Part shown: positions 1 to 13,600 of the stretch, piece by piece
Position numbering within the stretch: position 1 is the stretch's first letter
Layout: each line of letters opens with the position of its first letter
Assembly: GCA_036172245.1 (NCBI GenBank)
Contig: JAYWIR010000039.1
Location: forward strand, 496,001 to 560,000
Length of the DNA stretch: 64,000 nucleotides
Source of the DNA: Raillietiella orientalis
Lineage: Eukaryota
Reading direction: 5' to 3'
Position numbers and translations under genes: made by a program
The notes under the pieces: generated by a model
Seen by the model: only the letters and a program-made list of their open reading frames with translations
What the model was told of the DNA's origin: nothing
Database searches by the model: none

Positions 1-3000
1 GACCGCACCCCTCCCATGTCCACCTTTCGCTTACTGTCCCGCTCGGGGGGTTCGTGTCCCGCCACGTGCTTCTCGGTGTGCCGGGGTTTCCCGCGGTAGA
101 ATGAGGCGTCCGTTTCGCTAGCGTCGGCAGCTCCGTTGACCAGATGGAAAAGGTGTTGGCTATGCGTTAATGGTTCTGGGTACTTACGACTCTTGCGGCT
201 TCCTGGCAGCAGGCAGCAGCGCGTCGTCGGACCTCAACCATCCCGTGATTTGCACGCTTACCGATAAAAGTTGACATCCCTGAATGAAATTCGAAGAACG
301 CTGAATGTTGGCACTTTGGAAGTTTTCCGAGGTCCGTTTTTTTTTTTTGTTTTTCGAATTCCCGGGGCTGCGAGCCTCCACGGACAACCACGAGTGCCCT
401 CAAGCGAAGCGCGATAGGTGACAGGCATTTCCTCCTGCCGGTAGCCTTTTCCCACCTGGTGGCGGAACGTCTTGTCTGGGTGACACTGGAGCCTCAGGAC
501 ACGCGGTTACAGACTTGCAATCGTTCCATACTGCTCCTCGGGGCAGCTTGCGATTGGTCTACAGCATCCCCTGTTCGGAAGGGGAAATCCAGCACGCAAA
601 GAGGAGGACCTACGGAGCATCCGGAGTCTCAGGCAGGTTTTCCTGCCTACGACTGGAAGTGTCCCCCACGGGGTGGAACTCTTTCTCACGGGCGTCCGTT
701 GCCGTGCTCCTGACATCAAGTCGGTCAGGCAGCAGAGAAAGAAGGAAGGAAGCGACGAGCGTTGCGGAACATCCGTCCAGAAGAAGACGTTCTTGAAGGG
801 CAGCCAGGTTTTCTGTCTGGTCTTCCATATCCGGCAAACTACCGGTCTTCCATGCCGCCGATTTGTTTTTCGAGGGTCACCTCGGCTGACGTCTTCATTC
901 CTGCCACCCTTCAGATTCATACTGCTGCTGCAGGACAGGTGGTCATCACCCTCCCCCTCCCCCGTTTCCAGGCAGGGATGCCACTTGGGTGCCGTTTGCA
1001 TTTCCTCTCAAGGAGTTCTCTTTCCTGCTCCTCTTCCATTCCCTTTCACTTGGGAGCAATAAAAGACGAAGGGGAATTCTTCATTGGTAAAAAAAAAAAA
1101 GAAAAAAAAAAAGATGATCTCCTGCTCCAGGAACTGGCGTGAAGATCACCATCGCCGCCATGCTAGGAGAATATGACGCTAACGCCCGCGCTCTCTCATT
1201 TCGTTCCTTCTCAGTCCCTGTGGAATATTGGGATGATTGTTGCCACTTTGCGGATGCGTTCGCCTGGCAACGGCCATCGCAACGTTCTCTGACCTCGGGA
1301 GTTTCGAAGATTCAGTCAGCGGGTGCAGACAGACGCTCCCGGCTGGGCTGCAAGGGACTCGGGCCGGACCTTCCAAAAGCTCCCTCATCTGCAGTTGTCA
1401 TTCCTGACGTCATCATTCGGTTTTCCATCTCCCCCAGCTACAGAAAAAGTCTACCTCCTGCGGATGAGAGGATTAAAGCGATTCGCCCCAGTGCTTCGAA
1501 TGAGCTGGTGGTCTCTTTTACTTCATGCCATAGCCTTCCGCGTTATCTCGGAAACACGGGTACACGTGTGACAAACCAGGCGTTCCCTAAAGAAGATGGA
1601 AAATGCAGGCGTTGCGACAATGGTCATGAACTCGCACGACAGCACTGCACCCTGACCCGCTGCGCAAGATCATCGTCAATGGGCTCGTCTGGGCGCGATG
1701 CTGCCATAATCCGCACAATCCCATCCAGAAATCTCTCTTCCTGCTTCCTATCTCGAAATCAGAGTTCCCATGCGCTGCGACACGCCTCACGTCCACTTCG
1801 CTGCCATCATCGCTGGACCTAACCATTCCGAACCGCTTGCGGTTCGATGCTCCCCTCGCACTTCCGTCGAACCAAAGGGGTGTCCTACTCCCCTGGTTGG
1901 GTCATTCGTTCCGTTCTGCTGGCTTGTCTCGCCAAATTAACCGCACCATTTCGCGAGGCGGACCCGAACACGCCGAATGAAAAGCGCGCGGCGCGTACGA
2001 CCACTGCCGCGGTAGCACTCGTGTGGACGGATTTCTTGCGGAGGACCAGATAATTCCAAACAACCACGAGGATGCTGGATGGAGCGGACGAAAAACAAAC
2101 ACAAATGAATAAATGAAAGGAAATTAAAAATCTCTTTCGGAAACCCGAAGAAGTGGTCGGGGAATACGGGATAGCGTGGCGATGAGTGACCGGATGACTT
2201 CAGACACGCGAACACCAGGGCAAAAATGCAACAAAATCAGGCTGGTGAAATTTGCCATCTGGCGGGAAAAAAAAGAATTCTCCTTGCAGATGCGAAGGTG
2301 CGCGCTCGGGAGCTCACGAGTGTCCGTTGCAAATACTTCTCGAGTGCATCCCTCTCACTCATCAATCCAATGCACCCATCCAAAAGGTTAAGGAGGATAA
2401 GAGGAAGCAGATAAGAGAGGGGGAGAACGAGCAGGTCGAAAAGAAATTATGCTTGGTCAATGAAGCCATCACTGCTTCCTTTGTCACAGTTTGTCACACC
2501 CTTAACGAGATCATGACATTCTAAGGAGCAATAAGCTGATGACTCACTGCGACTCGTGTGAGCTCAATTATGAAAGGAGAGGGACCACGGGGGGATCGCT
2601 GGGTGCTATCCCACTCCCAAACGAAGGAACGCCGAAATTGATTTATCTCCAGATGAATCGTTAGAGTCTTTTACCGTGACGCGGAGCTCGTTTAGGGCGG
2701 CGTTTCCCAACAACAAACCGGCAGAAGTAAACATATGGTCGAATCAAGCGTCTCATCCGTCATGAGCGGTTTCCATCCATCCTTCTTTATGCGGGAAAGC
2801 TTCCTTGCTAAGGTTCCTGGAAAACCACTACGCATTTCGGCCTCCTAAGAGAGTGAGCAGCACGACCGCAACCCGCACCTTTGTAGGTGAGACGGGTGCG
2901 GTAGTTGTTGCCATGGGAACGCTCCCAGCGAGGAGGTGGGATGCATTTTCTGCTGGCCCCCTTGCTTCGTGGGGAGCTGTTCGATCGCTTCCGATCACCT

Positions 3001-5336
3001 ACTGCATTAGCCTTCCTCTCTGTGCATTTCCAAGAGCAGGTCTCCCTCTACACGAGGACATTTCCCGCGTGGGCCTCTCAATTGTTGCGGCCGGTTCATT
3101 CTTGCGACCTCTCCATTGTTGCGGATGTTCGCGGGCATCGCACCCGAGTGCGGATATGAGAAAAAAAACTGCAAGTGGGGACTCAGCACGCTGAAGTGGA
3201 GACGGTGTACGCAACATCAGTCTGCCGCTTATGAATGCTGATGCCTTCGTCCGTGTTTCGAGAACACATCGCGATGGGGGGAAGAAGAAAAAAAAAAAAA
3301 ATCCCGAGGGCATTTTCATCCAAGGGTGCAAATTCAAGTTGAAATTTTCATTGGACGCGCGACTGCCACGCAAGCTTAATCTTGTGATGAACTGGTTCGG
3401 GATCAGCCACGCAGGGATGAAATATGTTCCGGAGAATGGCAGGCAAATTTGTGCAAACATGCGTTTCCTCTCTCCAGAAAGTGCCTCACGTTGCACGGAA
3501 AGTGATTCGAAGAAACTGCGGCACACTTCCGAAGATTGTTTCTGAAATACTCGGATGATCAATGAATTCGAAGATCACTCGCTTCATCGAGTATGTAGCG
3601 TCTCTTATTATCCCCGACGTCGGACACGCGGGAGAGGCAGACCCAAGCATGCGTCACGCCTTGATCTCTCTCCTCTTTGGAAGGCGCCACCGGTCGCGAG
3701 GCGCGTTTGTTTCCCGAGTTCCACTTTGTTCTCCTTCCGATTCGATTGTTCCCGCAGCCTCGTGCGCCATGCCGTGATCCCGAAAAGGTTCGGACCGGTC
3801 GCGCATTGGAAGGCAACGCGGCCATCGAGTCCGGAAACGTCCGCTCGAATTCGGCACCGAAAGAAGTCGCCGCCGAAGTTGCGGATAGAGGACATCGGAA
3901 CTTGGGAACATGTTCCGGAGATGTCTATGGGAATGTCGAATCTCGAGGTCAGCGTTGAAGACGTCGCTGAGGAGGAACTCGGGTTCTTAGGAGTCGCCCT
4001 TGCGAGGGCGGATGCGTTCGTGGAGGCCACTTCATAGTGTCCCTCAGTCACCCACTTTAGCCCGGAGTGGCGAAAACACGCGCTCACTCGCCCTTTCGTC
4101 CTTGGTCCGTGTCGCACTCCTAGAGGTTGCATACTTGCGCGAATTTTCGGGCGATCTTTCCGGTCACTCCATCAACGGACTCTGCATCTGGATTCCCGGT
4201 CCTTGCAAAACAGATTGCCGTTGCTGGGCTCCCGTGCTGTTGGCATGCAGAGATGAGTCCCCGTGCTTGCGCGATGATTTTCCAACGGGACAGGAGGGGG
4301 AGGCACTTTCTGAGAATCTTCCGCGCGGAGCTGAAAAGAAGGAAAACACCCTCGAGGAAGGGAATAAGAAAGTGCTGCCTCTCGAGAGAACCACCGTTGC
4401 AGTGGGATCTGCTTTCTGGAGCGCTGCTCCTGCCAAGTCTGCGTCCCGTTCTAACAAGTTACGCACATGTGAACCTGGAGATAAAACGAAATGGAAAAAG
4501 GGAAAGGCTCGGTGGAAAGCAGAAGGAAAATATAAATAAAGCGTATCTGTGGCTGGGGAAGGGGGACACGAAGAGTGCGCTGCACTGGGAAGCTACCGAC
4601 GGGAGGGGCTTTCCACTCGAGCCGCGCGGAGCCCTCGGTCTGCAGGGCAGATCGGCACTCCCCGAGAAAACTGAGATGCTGGGTGCGGAGCCATCCTGAC
4701 CGAACGGATCCTAATCTCCGCCGGAGCATTTCGATCAAATGGCCCATGAGATCACTGGCGCGTCTTCAGCGTGGCTGTCGCGATCGACGATGCCGATCCA
4801 CCGGCGTGTCGGCAAGAAGCCGCCCCGCAATCAGCCTGAAAACTCTCGATCCGCAGCTGTGAGGATCCATTTCGTGCTGCGCGTAAAGGGGCGTTTTCCG
4901 AAAAGAAGGGGTGAAGACGCTTGAGTGGCCGCGAGCAGAAATAGCTTAACCATTAAATTGGTTTAGCAACTCGCGCGACCTCCAGCATCCGCCACGCAGC
5001 ATAGCCGATTTCTCACTAAGCAACGTGCGTGCATACTTACTGTGCTCCGCCTTGAGAGAACCCGGTCGGTACATGAAACACCAATGCTGTATTCTTTTCA
5101 GAGCGTGTACTTCTATGCGGATGGCTGTCGATGTACATGTGATGAAAACGGTACTCTTTGACAGCTAATCTTAGACAATTATACTCTTTAATTGCAGACT
5201 GATGAGAAATCACTTTTTTTTTCTCGGCGGGGGGGGGGGAGGTCAGCAAGTGAATCGACCGGGCGTCTTCCTTTTCGTAGCATTTCATCACGGGTTCCGT
5301 CGGTTTCCCTGTGCACTCGCATAGTGCGTAAATTAA

Positions 5337-6275
5337 CCCTAGAAGGGTAACGTGACGTCATATGCGATACACAGGAAATAGAATGTGCAGACTCACAGCC
5401 ATGGTCAGCGTTGCAGCGTTGCGAGGATACCGTTCCATCGACCTCTTACTAAGCCTTCAGTGTGCCTATCAGTCGCAATTGCGTGCTCATCGGATGGCTT
5501 TGCTTCCTTTTGTGCACGATTGTGTCCAATACGACACCGCGTCACCTTTCACGTTAGATACAAAAATTTGTACCCATGACCTCTCATAATAGAATTTTCA
5601 AACAAAATGAATTGGAAGAGCTGACTGGAAGCTATGGGAGAGGAGAAACTAATTTGGAAGAGTTTTCATCTGATGAGGACCAAGATCTAGATTACGGAAA
5701 TTCGGAAGCAGGGAGCGTACAAGACGACGAATTTTCAGCTGATGAAGGTGGCCATTGAGAGTTTTTTATGGAATGTTAGACGGGGCTGGGATAGATTCGT
5801 ATGTGGTGTTCATTGCCAACATCCTTGGAAATCCAAATTATAAAGTTGTTTCCAGAAGAATGCTCCTTCAAAATTTAGGATACACCTTGCTTGTATCACC
5901 TCACATGGAACTCCGGTTACAGTGCCAAAATTTGTCCCGTTCTTTGCGAAATTTGATTTTATTTGTAGTGAATAAAGAAGATCTGAGGTTCCAAGATGTT
6001 CCACAAGAACCTTTAGCCGTCCATAAGCACTGCGAAATGCGCCCACGTTCCGCCAACCGGAAAGGAAGGGAAAAGTGTGCGTGTTGCAAAAAGTCAATGA
6101 GCCCAGCACCGACAATGTGAATGAGCTTGTAAAATAATTTGTAAAGATAATTGTGATTCATTAACAAAATAAAATGTTTATGAAAAATTATTGAATTTTT
6201 TATAATTTTAATTGGTGTCCCATATGACATCACGTAAACAGTTATGCACAAAATCATCAAGTTACCCTTCTAGGG
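5337..6275 (+). mobile_element. Non-autonomous, internally deleted piggyBac DNA transposon (939 bp)
   Basis: Perfect 15-bp TIRs CCCTAGAAGGGTAAC (5337-5351 / 6261-6275), each flanked by TTAA (5333-5336, 6276-6279). Asymmetric subterminal inverted repeat ACGTGA[C/T]GTCATATG (5350-5364 vs 6221-6235). Transposase remnants inside. Confidence 0.95.
5576..6120 (+). pseudogene. piggyBac transposase remnant (acidic N-terminus joined to C-terminal region; catalytic core deleted)
   Basis: 5576-5758 encodes an acidic N-terminal stretch (EEFSSDEDQDLD). From ~5747 another frame reads RWPLRVFYGMLDGAGIDSYVVF (cf. piggyBac RWPMALLYGMINIACINSFII) and ends in a degenerate Cys-rich domain (HCEMRP...KCACCKKSM). 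Confidence 0.85.
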
Positions 6276-7699
6276 TTAAAACCACAAATCGCAGCCACTG
6301 CTCCTTTCTCATTTGACCTTGACGGTCACGAACAAGTTCGTGGCTGCTCCTGAATCAAACCACATCCCAACTTCCCTCGCGAACGCCATCAGGTATGATG
6401 CGGCGATGCTATCAAACGTATCTGAGAAACAGTTAATGACCCACGTGCATTTGTTGTGCGAAGCGCTGACCACACTGACCATCTGAGACCGAGCTGAATG
6501 CCTGGAGTTCGCTACACATAATGCCCCGGCACCTGCGAGGGGAGTTGCTGATCGATGACCGAGTAATCACTGATTCATTTGCACCGTTACTCCACGCGTT
6601 AATGGCGCCATAGGCGGGTCTCCACTGCACCCGTGGAAGAAAACCGTGTCCCCTCCTAACGATCAGCTGGCGCGCGCGCGCGCAGGGCATAAAATGGCTG
6701 GTGTTCCCTACTATAAATTACACTTAAGTGTTCACGACGCCGAGGGACGGTATTTACATAGAGGTGGATGCTGCTTATCTATCCGTCAGCTATTCCGGTC
6801 TCCGGGACTTAAAAATGTCATGGAGATTTGGATTATCCCTTCCGAGGTTTGGATGGCCCCAAGAGTAAATCACTAGGAAGCAACTGTTGCATGACACGAA
6901 GTGGGACCAAGATTACAACACACACAAAGAAGAAATGGCGGGGCTCTGATGGAGATGGGAATGCGCAGGGGCAGACGAAGGTCACGGAAAGGACCCCTCC
7001 GTGCTCGGCCGTCGTCGTACCGGTACCTACGAGGCAGGCCAGAGATCAAGCACGGCAACGGCAAGGGTTCAAGGTGCACCACTCTGTCACGAGGCACTGC
7101 GGCGGCCACCCCTGGTGACCAACTCGACGACGGGCCGTCAGCTTCCTCGCCTCAGACCTAGCGATCGGCGATGCACGGAAGTGCCTCGAGAAAAGTGATA
7201 GTCCCGGAGCATCCCGGAGGCTGGTAAATGGGCCACGGCTCCCCGCTTACGGGTAAAATTGAAATCGGTTGCCAGTGGATACTGCCGGCAGCTCCTGAAT
7301 TTTATTTTAATGAAGGGAGCCAAACACGCAGTCTGTAATGGCCCCGCCGGTAGTGGAAGGAGTGATGGAGAGATTCGGGAAGGGAATCAGTACCAAAGTG
7401 CAAGAAGGAATGCCATGTTCTCGGGGGCACCTTTCAGTTTTCCGCCTTTGGAGACAGAGGACACACCTCTGCTATCCGTCCGGATGGCTGGAGGGGACGT
7501 CAGGAAAATGCGCATTGGTCAGATCTGGGTTGGCATCTGTCGACGTCACGAGGCCTTTTCACCTCCTCAATCCTGGATTTCTTGTTCAGGAGGCGACTTC
7601 GTTTTCTCTTCCTTCTAGTTAGACGAGGGGACGAGGGGGTTTCATAATTCCAACGGCAGGAAAGAAGAGTTGTACCGCATCCGCAGCAGACCGGCGAAC

Positions 7700-10600
7700 G
7701 GCTCGTTTCCAGGGGCTTCCGCTCGATCCTCAACATCCCCTTTGACGCGTGCACCCTTGGCGGCCTCCAGCAGATGCGAGCAAAACGCAGCATTGCACTT
7801 TTTCCTCTGCCTCGAACCCGCAGTGATCCGGCGGCTACTTTCTCAGCAGCCCGCTGTCACCTGGTCGCCCCAGGGTGTTTGTTCGCCTACGAACATGGAA
7901 GGTGGGAGCTGTGTTCGTCCCGGATCCTGCAAGCGAGCGATTCATCTCTGCATGCCCTAAGGCAGCACTGTGTGGGAGAAAGGGGCACGTGGGGTTATGG
8001 GGGATGGGTGGACAAAGACACTCATGCTTGTTGAGGAGACGAAAGGTCCAGCGGCGCAGGCGGTACTGCGCGCAATGCTGGAAACATCTCCATACGCATT
8101 TGGTGAACCACATGGGGTGTCTCTGAGAGACTGTGAGAGTCAAGGTCAAAGTGGACCCACCCCTCTGGAGGTGAGGTGCTCCACCGCGCCGCTGCGGACG
8201 TGTGCGCAAAACTGCAGTCGCCACGGACTTAGTCACCCGCACCTCTCCCGTCCTTGATGAGCCACGCGGTGGTCGAACAGCCGGTTTCCAAGCAACGAGA
8301 ATGCCTGCGAGCGGACGGGATGGAAGGTATGCGCTTTGTAGATTTTACGGCTCCCCGTTTCTACATTTTCTCCTCGCAGTCCTGATCGAAATTTGCACGT
8401 CTTCCCACAACCAAAGCAGAAACCACCCAGGGTCCGAGGTCTCTGACGAAGGCGAACGCGGTGATGACCTGGTGGCTGGATGAGACGAGGGGTAAAGGGA
8501 GAAGAAGAGGAAAAGTCCTTGGGGCTCCCCCTCAGAGTTGCACTTCCACTCCTGCAGTTCTCGATCAGAGGCCCTCCAGGGGAAGAACCCGAAGCGGAAG
8601 GCCGGCCATAAGACTGCCGCATCGGAGCCACCCGTGGCTCATCAGCTCCATCAGCTCGGGAGGGAGCGCAGGCAGGTAGTCTGCAGCTCCCGGCATGGCT
8701 GCCCAGCTCCGAGGCCCGACGATCCGTCCGTGGTGCGTCTGACTCCGGGGAAAATGCACCTCATCCTTCAGTCGGACCGTTTGCGGCTTTGGCGTGCCGC
8801 TCCCTCGGCCTCCTCCGCTCACTTTCACACCTCTCCTGCAAGTCTTCCCTCCCGCGGGTGGAGGAAAAACGAGAGAAAGAGGGGGCGGGAAGCCTCAGCG
8901 CTTCCTCCTCGAATCCGACGCGGTTCGCCTCGGAGGAAGGACCCTGCGGGATGTCATACGATCCTCATCGGACACATCTCCTGCAGCGATGACCGCCGGG
9001 AGGAAGGTGGGGTGGACCTCTGCTGCACTCGGGGATCGAGAGACCTTTCCTTGAGCGCACCAGGAGTCAGCCGGCTGCCGTCGGAAAAAGCGGGATGGGC
9101 AGGCGACTTCTTCGGCTCCGATCGGAGGAAGCCCGGGAGGTGGCTCCCGTTCGAGACGGCAGCAGAACGGAAGCGGAACAGGAGCGGCTCCCGTGGATCC
9201 ATCCTTGAAAGATCCATCGTCGTCCCGCGTTCCGGGATGCTCCCGGCTCGCCCGCAAACGTCACACGTGGATTCGTCTCGAGCTGCAGGATGCCCGAACC
9301 GAAGAGGACACGCGCGAGGTCATGGCGGAGAGAGGGCGAGAGGCGACGGAAAGCGACGAACCTCCGCGTTTCGCTCGGTCGGTCGCGTGGGCAGACCCTG
9401 CAGGGTCCAGTCGCCTTCCCATCGCCACGAAAGATTCGGATCGTGGGTGTCGCGGCTTAAGAAGAAAAGAAGCAGGGCGGACGATGCTGCTGGGCGGAGA
9501 CCGGGGAGCGCTCCGGGGACCCTCGGAAGTCGATTCGTCCAGAAGGCGGCTGTCGGTTGGTTCTCCCCCTGGGCCTTGCCTCCAGCCTCGACATCCTCCT
9601 AGTCGGTGTTCGCGGGAGCGAAGGGCCCGGGTGGAAGGAGGGCGCCCCACCCACCTCGCGGCGAGGCCAGAACGGAGCGGCAGGAAAAGCATCTCGAGGG
9701 ACCCTTGGCCTCCGTCCGCGCCTGGAGCATGGCGGGCCTCTTCGATCCTCTTCCGGGTAGGGGACGTACGGGACGTTCGGCAGGCTGCTCCCGAACGTTG
9801 GCTCCTCGCGTGCCGTACTCGGGCACGCCGAAGCGCTGCGCTTGCGGCTCCGCGCTTTCCCGTGCGGTGCTCCGCCGGACGGGCGGGAAGCCGCCTGCCG
9901 CCCACTTCCCGTCCGGCCAGCCTAAAGCATCCTCCGTTTCATTCCTCCCGTCCTTCGCCTTCCGTCCGGTGGAAGCGAACTGCGCGCCGGCCCTGAAGCC
10001 GTGAGTGGACGCAGAGACCGGAGGGATGGGAAGCAGCGCGAGGACTCCCTCGGCTTGGACACCCGCCGTCCGTCTCTGTGAGAAGCCACGTCGGAAGAGC
10101 TCCCTACCAAGAGGAAGAATGGCTAGACCGCACCCTCAACAGGGGCTCCAGAAACCGGACCGAGGTCACGAGGAGGCACGACGGCGGGGGTCAGGGGACG
10201 TCGTTCGCCTCAGAGAGCTGGGAGCTGTTGCTGCTGACCTCGAACCAGTTCCGTTCCGGGAGCACATCCCGAGCCGCGAGAAAAGAAAAGGAGGAGGGGA
10301 CGCCTCGCCGGACGCCGACCGCCCCTTCGCATGCTCGTCAGCGGCTCTGCACGAGGTCGAGGACTTCTCGCCTCGGCAGCGGTGCTGTCACTACTGCTAC
10401 TCCTGCGACTGCTGCGGTCGGCGTCGGCACCCGGAGAAGGAGGACTCCCGCTGAGTGCGCTGTCGAAAGGAGGCCGGATGTTCTCGAGATGCGTACTGGA
10501 GCATCGGATGAGCCACCTCAGAAAGCGATTGGTGAAAGAGCCTCCGAAACTACAATAGAAGGAGATTATGGGTAGACTGGAGTGTCTCTGTGATCGAAGC

Positions 10601-13600
10601 GATCGATCCCGGTCGAAGCAGCGGATCTTTGTTGCCTGGGTCGGCAGCCCGGTCCAATGGGAGGGGTTCAGCGAGGGGTGCGCCATGACGACCCGTCCAT
10701 TCCTCATGGCAGGACCGGGAGGTGAGCAAGGCACTGGATTTTTTTTTCTCCTTTCCCGACAGCAGTATCCCAGTGTCTTCTGGACCTCTCCGCGCCCTTC
10801 GCGACTCCCTCCAGGGGCACGACCGCCGCTCCGCGCGGGGAGGCAGGCCGACTTCGAGCTGCTGCGGAGCATCCAAGGAGACGAGGAGAGGTGGAGGCTC
10901 CTCTGCAGTAGCCAACAAGCGGAGGGGAGTCTGCAAGACCCGGGGTGCGGGTCGCTTTCGGTTCCCGGCGGTCCGTCGGGGGAACGATGGGAGAGGGATC
11001 TGCGACCGGACGACCCTGCCTGGAGTGGATGAGTACCCCCAGCTGACCCTGTCTCGCTTCGGTGGCCGATAGAGTAGTGCTGAAGGGCCGCCTGCCAGGG
11101 TCTCCTGCTGTGCCGCCTTCCCCGCACGCCGGAGCTTTGGCCCAGCGTCCGCTTCTCGTGCTGCGGGCGCTGATGCTGATGGCGCCGGCACCGGCTGCTG
11201 CTCGCGAAAGAGAGGGGACCAGCCGAGGGGGTTTCCAGACGGTCCTCTCGGCGCGAGCCAACATGCTCGGTTCGGGGGCCTTCTCATGCAAGAACGCAAG
11301 CCGGGAGCAGCCCCCGGAAAGAGGGTCTGCCCCTTTGTCCTCTTCATGGTCCACGTGGTGCCCTGAGGGCGGCGGCAGCAGCAGCAGGACTTCCGGGAAC
11401 GTTCTAGGGAGCTCGGCCTCAGAGGCTTCGGCTTCCTACTCGCAGGGGGCCACGGGAATGCCCTCAGGACCTTTTAGCATGCTCCGGTCCGAATTCGCTT
11501 CCACAAGCCCCATCGCCGCCGGGGGAGGGAGGGGGCAAGACGTCGGTGGACCAGATGGGAAGTGGGGCGCCTTCGCCCACGCGGTAGAGTCCGTGGACCA
11601 GAAGAGGCGCTGCTGCTACGCTGGCGATCCAGGAGAGGAGACTCTTTCACCTCCTCCCCGACTCAGCGCTCCCAGTGGCTCTGCAGCGCGTCGTTCCCTA
11701 GGGAACGCTGCAAGCAAGTGCCCAGAGGGCCGTCTGGCCTCCAGAGACCCTTTTTCCCATCAGTCCCTCCGCTTGAGCTTTCCTGGTGCACGCTGCCGCC
11801 CTTACTTGCCCGCCCGAGTTTTCCCGGGGCCGGTTGCCGGAGGAGCTTCGTCCCGTGCCGTGCGCCTCCCATCCCGTCCCTGGTGGGTGGGGTGGACGGA
11901 CCGGAGGCCCCGGGATCCACTCATCTATTCTTTCCGATAAGGAGAGAGGTGCCTCAGGTCCCGCCACCACCGTTGAACACGGCTTGCACCCCGCTTGCGT
12001 TGGGACGGAGCGCCGCCGCGACGGTTAGATTGCGCACGCGCGTCCGGAGCTGAGGGGAGGCTGCAGTCCCCGTCGGGCTCCCGAGGCCCGAGGGGACCTC
12101 AGATCGTTCTTACTCGCAAGCTTACTTTCTGAAATGGCAGGAGGATAGGGTCCTTCTCGGACGCTGCAGAGGGGGCTCGGAAGTGAAGGGGCCACTCCAC
12201 ATGAGGGTTAGATCCGCATCAGCTTTCCCGGAGCTCCTTAGTCGCACGTAGAGTCCTCGGGCAAGTGACGCGCACAGAAGAGTTCCCAGGAGAGCCCGTC
12301 TCGTCATGGGAGGTGACGGAGTGCTTCGCCGATCCACCGCCAGGCGCCGCGCTTGGCGCAGCCCGATGGATGAGCAGCTTCGTCCACCGATAGGACCGCC
12401 GACGTGGACGGATTTCCTGTGGAGGGACGTTTCCGGATTACCGCGACTTTCCTCTTTCCCACGCATACCATCCATGGGACCCAGAAAGTTTCTCTCAGCA
12501 AGAGGATCACACCCGGGGAGGGAAGAAGGAAGAGGAGGGATGGGAGGAAGACGAGGATGGGAAGACTATCTCCCCCCCCTCCAGCCTCATTGGGGCTCAC
12601 CGGGGAGCAGGAATAGTGGGATGATGGTTCCTCCCTCCTCCCTTGGGATCCCCACCGCCTGTGAGGAGGAACTGGGACGGAGGTAATCCGGAAGGCTTTC
12701 GCAAGAGGCCAGGAGATGCTAATGACGTTTTTTCATACCCCCTCCTCCATCCCCTTCGCTTTCCCAGACGCGCACTTGGGCACTCCCTCCTCTCCCAGCT
12801 GGGAACCCTCTGCCGCACGAGATGATAGATGAAGATGAATCGGACCGAGCTCCTCCGCCCTCCCGTCCTTAGCAGCACTCCATGGAAACCAAGCGGAACT
12901 TTCGGCGTGGGGTCACCATGCGTCCTCGGCTACCCTTTTCTCTCTCCTTCTCCATCCAGGTCTTTTCCCCACCAACCTTTCTCCCCGCCCTCTGGGGTCA
13001 TTCAGAACCGCCCAATCACCATCCTCCCAAGGGTCCTTTGGTTTCTGTTTCCCCGCCTTCTCTGGTGGACCACGGGAGGGCCTAGGCGTGTCAGGAGGAG
13101 CCCTCTTTCGACTTCCGCCCGCCCTTCGAGGAAGCGACCCTCCGAGATCGGGTCGCCGGGTCACGCCTTCTCCTCCCCAGAGCCCAGGGTCGAAGGTGTT
13201 ACCATCCTTCAAGTCCTGCCGCGAAACTCCAGACGCGATTCCAGGATTCTGGAGGAGGTAGGAACTTAAATATCACCCGCAGAGGGCCTCCCTCCCCATT
13301 CTTCCCCTTTTCAGGTTCGATCGTACCCTACATTTCCCACAGAAGCGCCCATGCCTAGATCACTACCATCCCCATCTTTTTTCGGCCTCCCGATTCTTTC
13401 CAGTTCCCGCTACCTCCTCCCCTCATTGGAGCGCACCCACCCTCTTTAGGAACCCTCTCCTCAGGGCCAGGGCAAGGAGGAAGTCCGCAGCTTCCATGGG
13501 CCGTGAGAATGAAAAGCAGGATCGGAGACGCTGTCGTCAGCCGCCACTTTCGGCTGCAGCCTCGTCACGAGAGGAATCTGAGTGAGCCACAGGGCATGAC

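Noticed and set aside
600..4750. Possible further decayed retroelement on the - strand (DLLLEMH like LQETH near 3020-3045; CFRH..GH near 4040-4080)
   Set aside because: Motifs are too short and not convincingly collinear; needs a frameshift-aware protein search.
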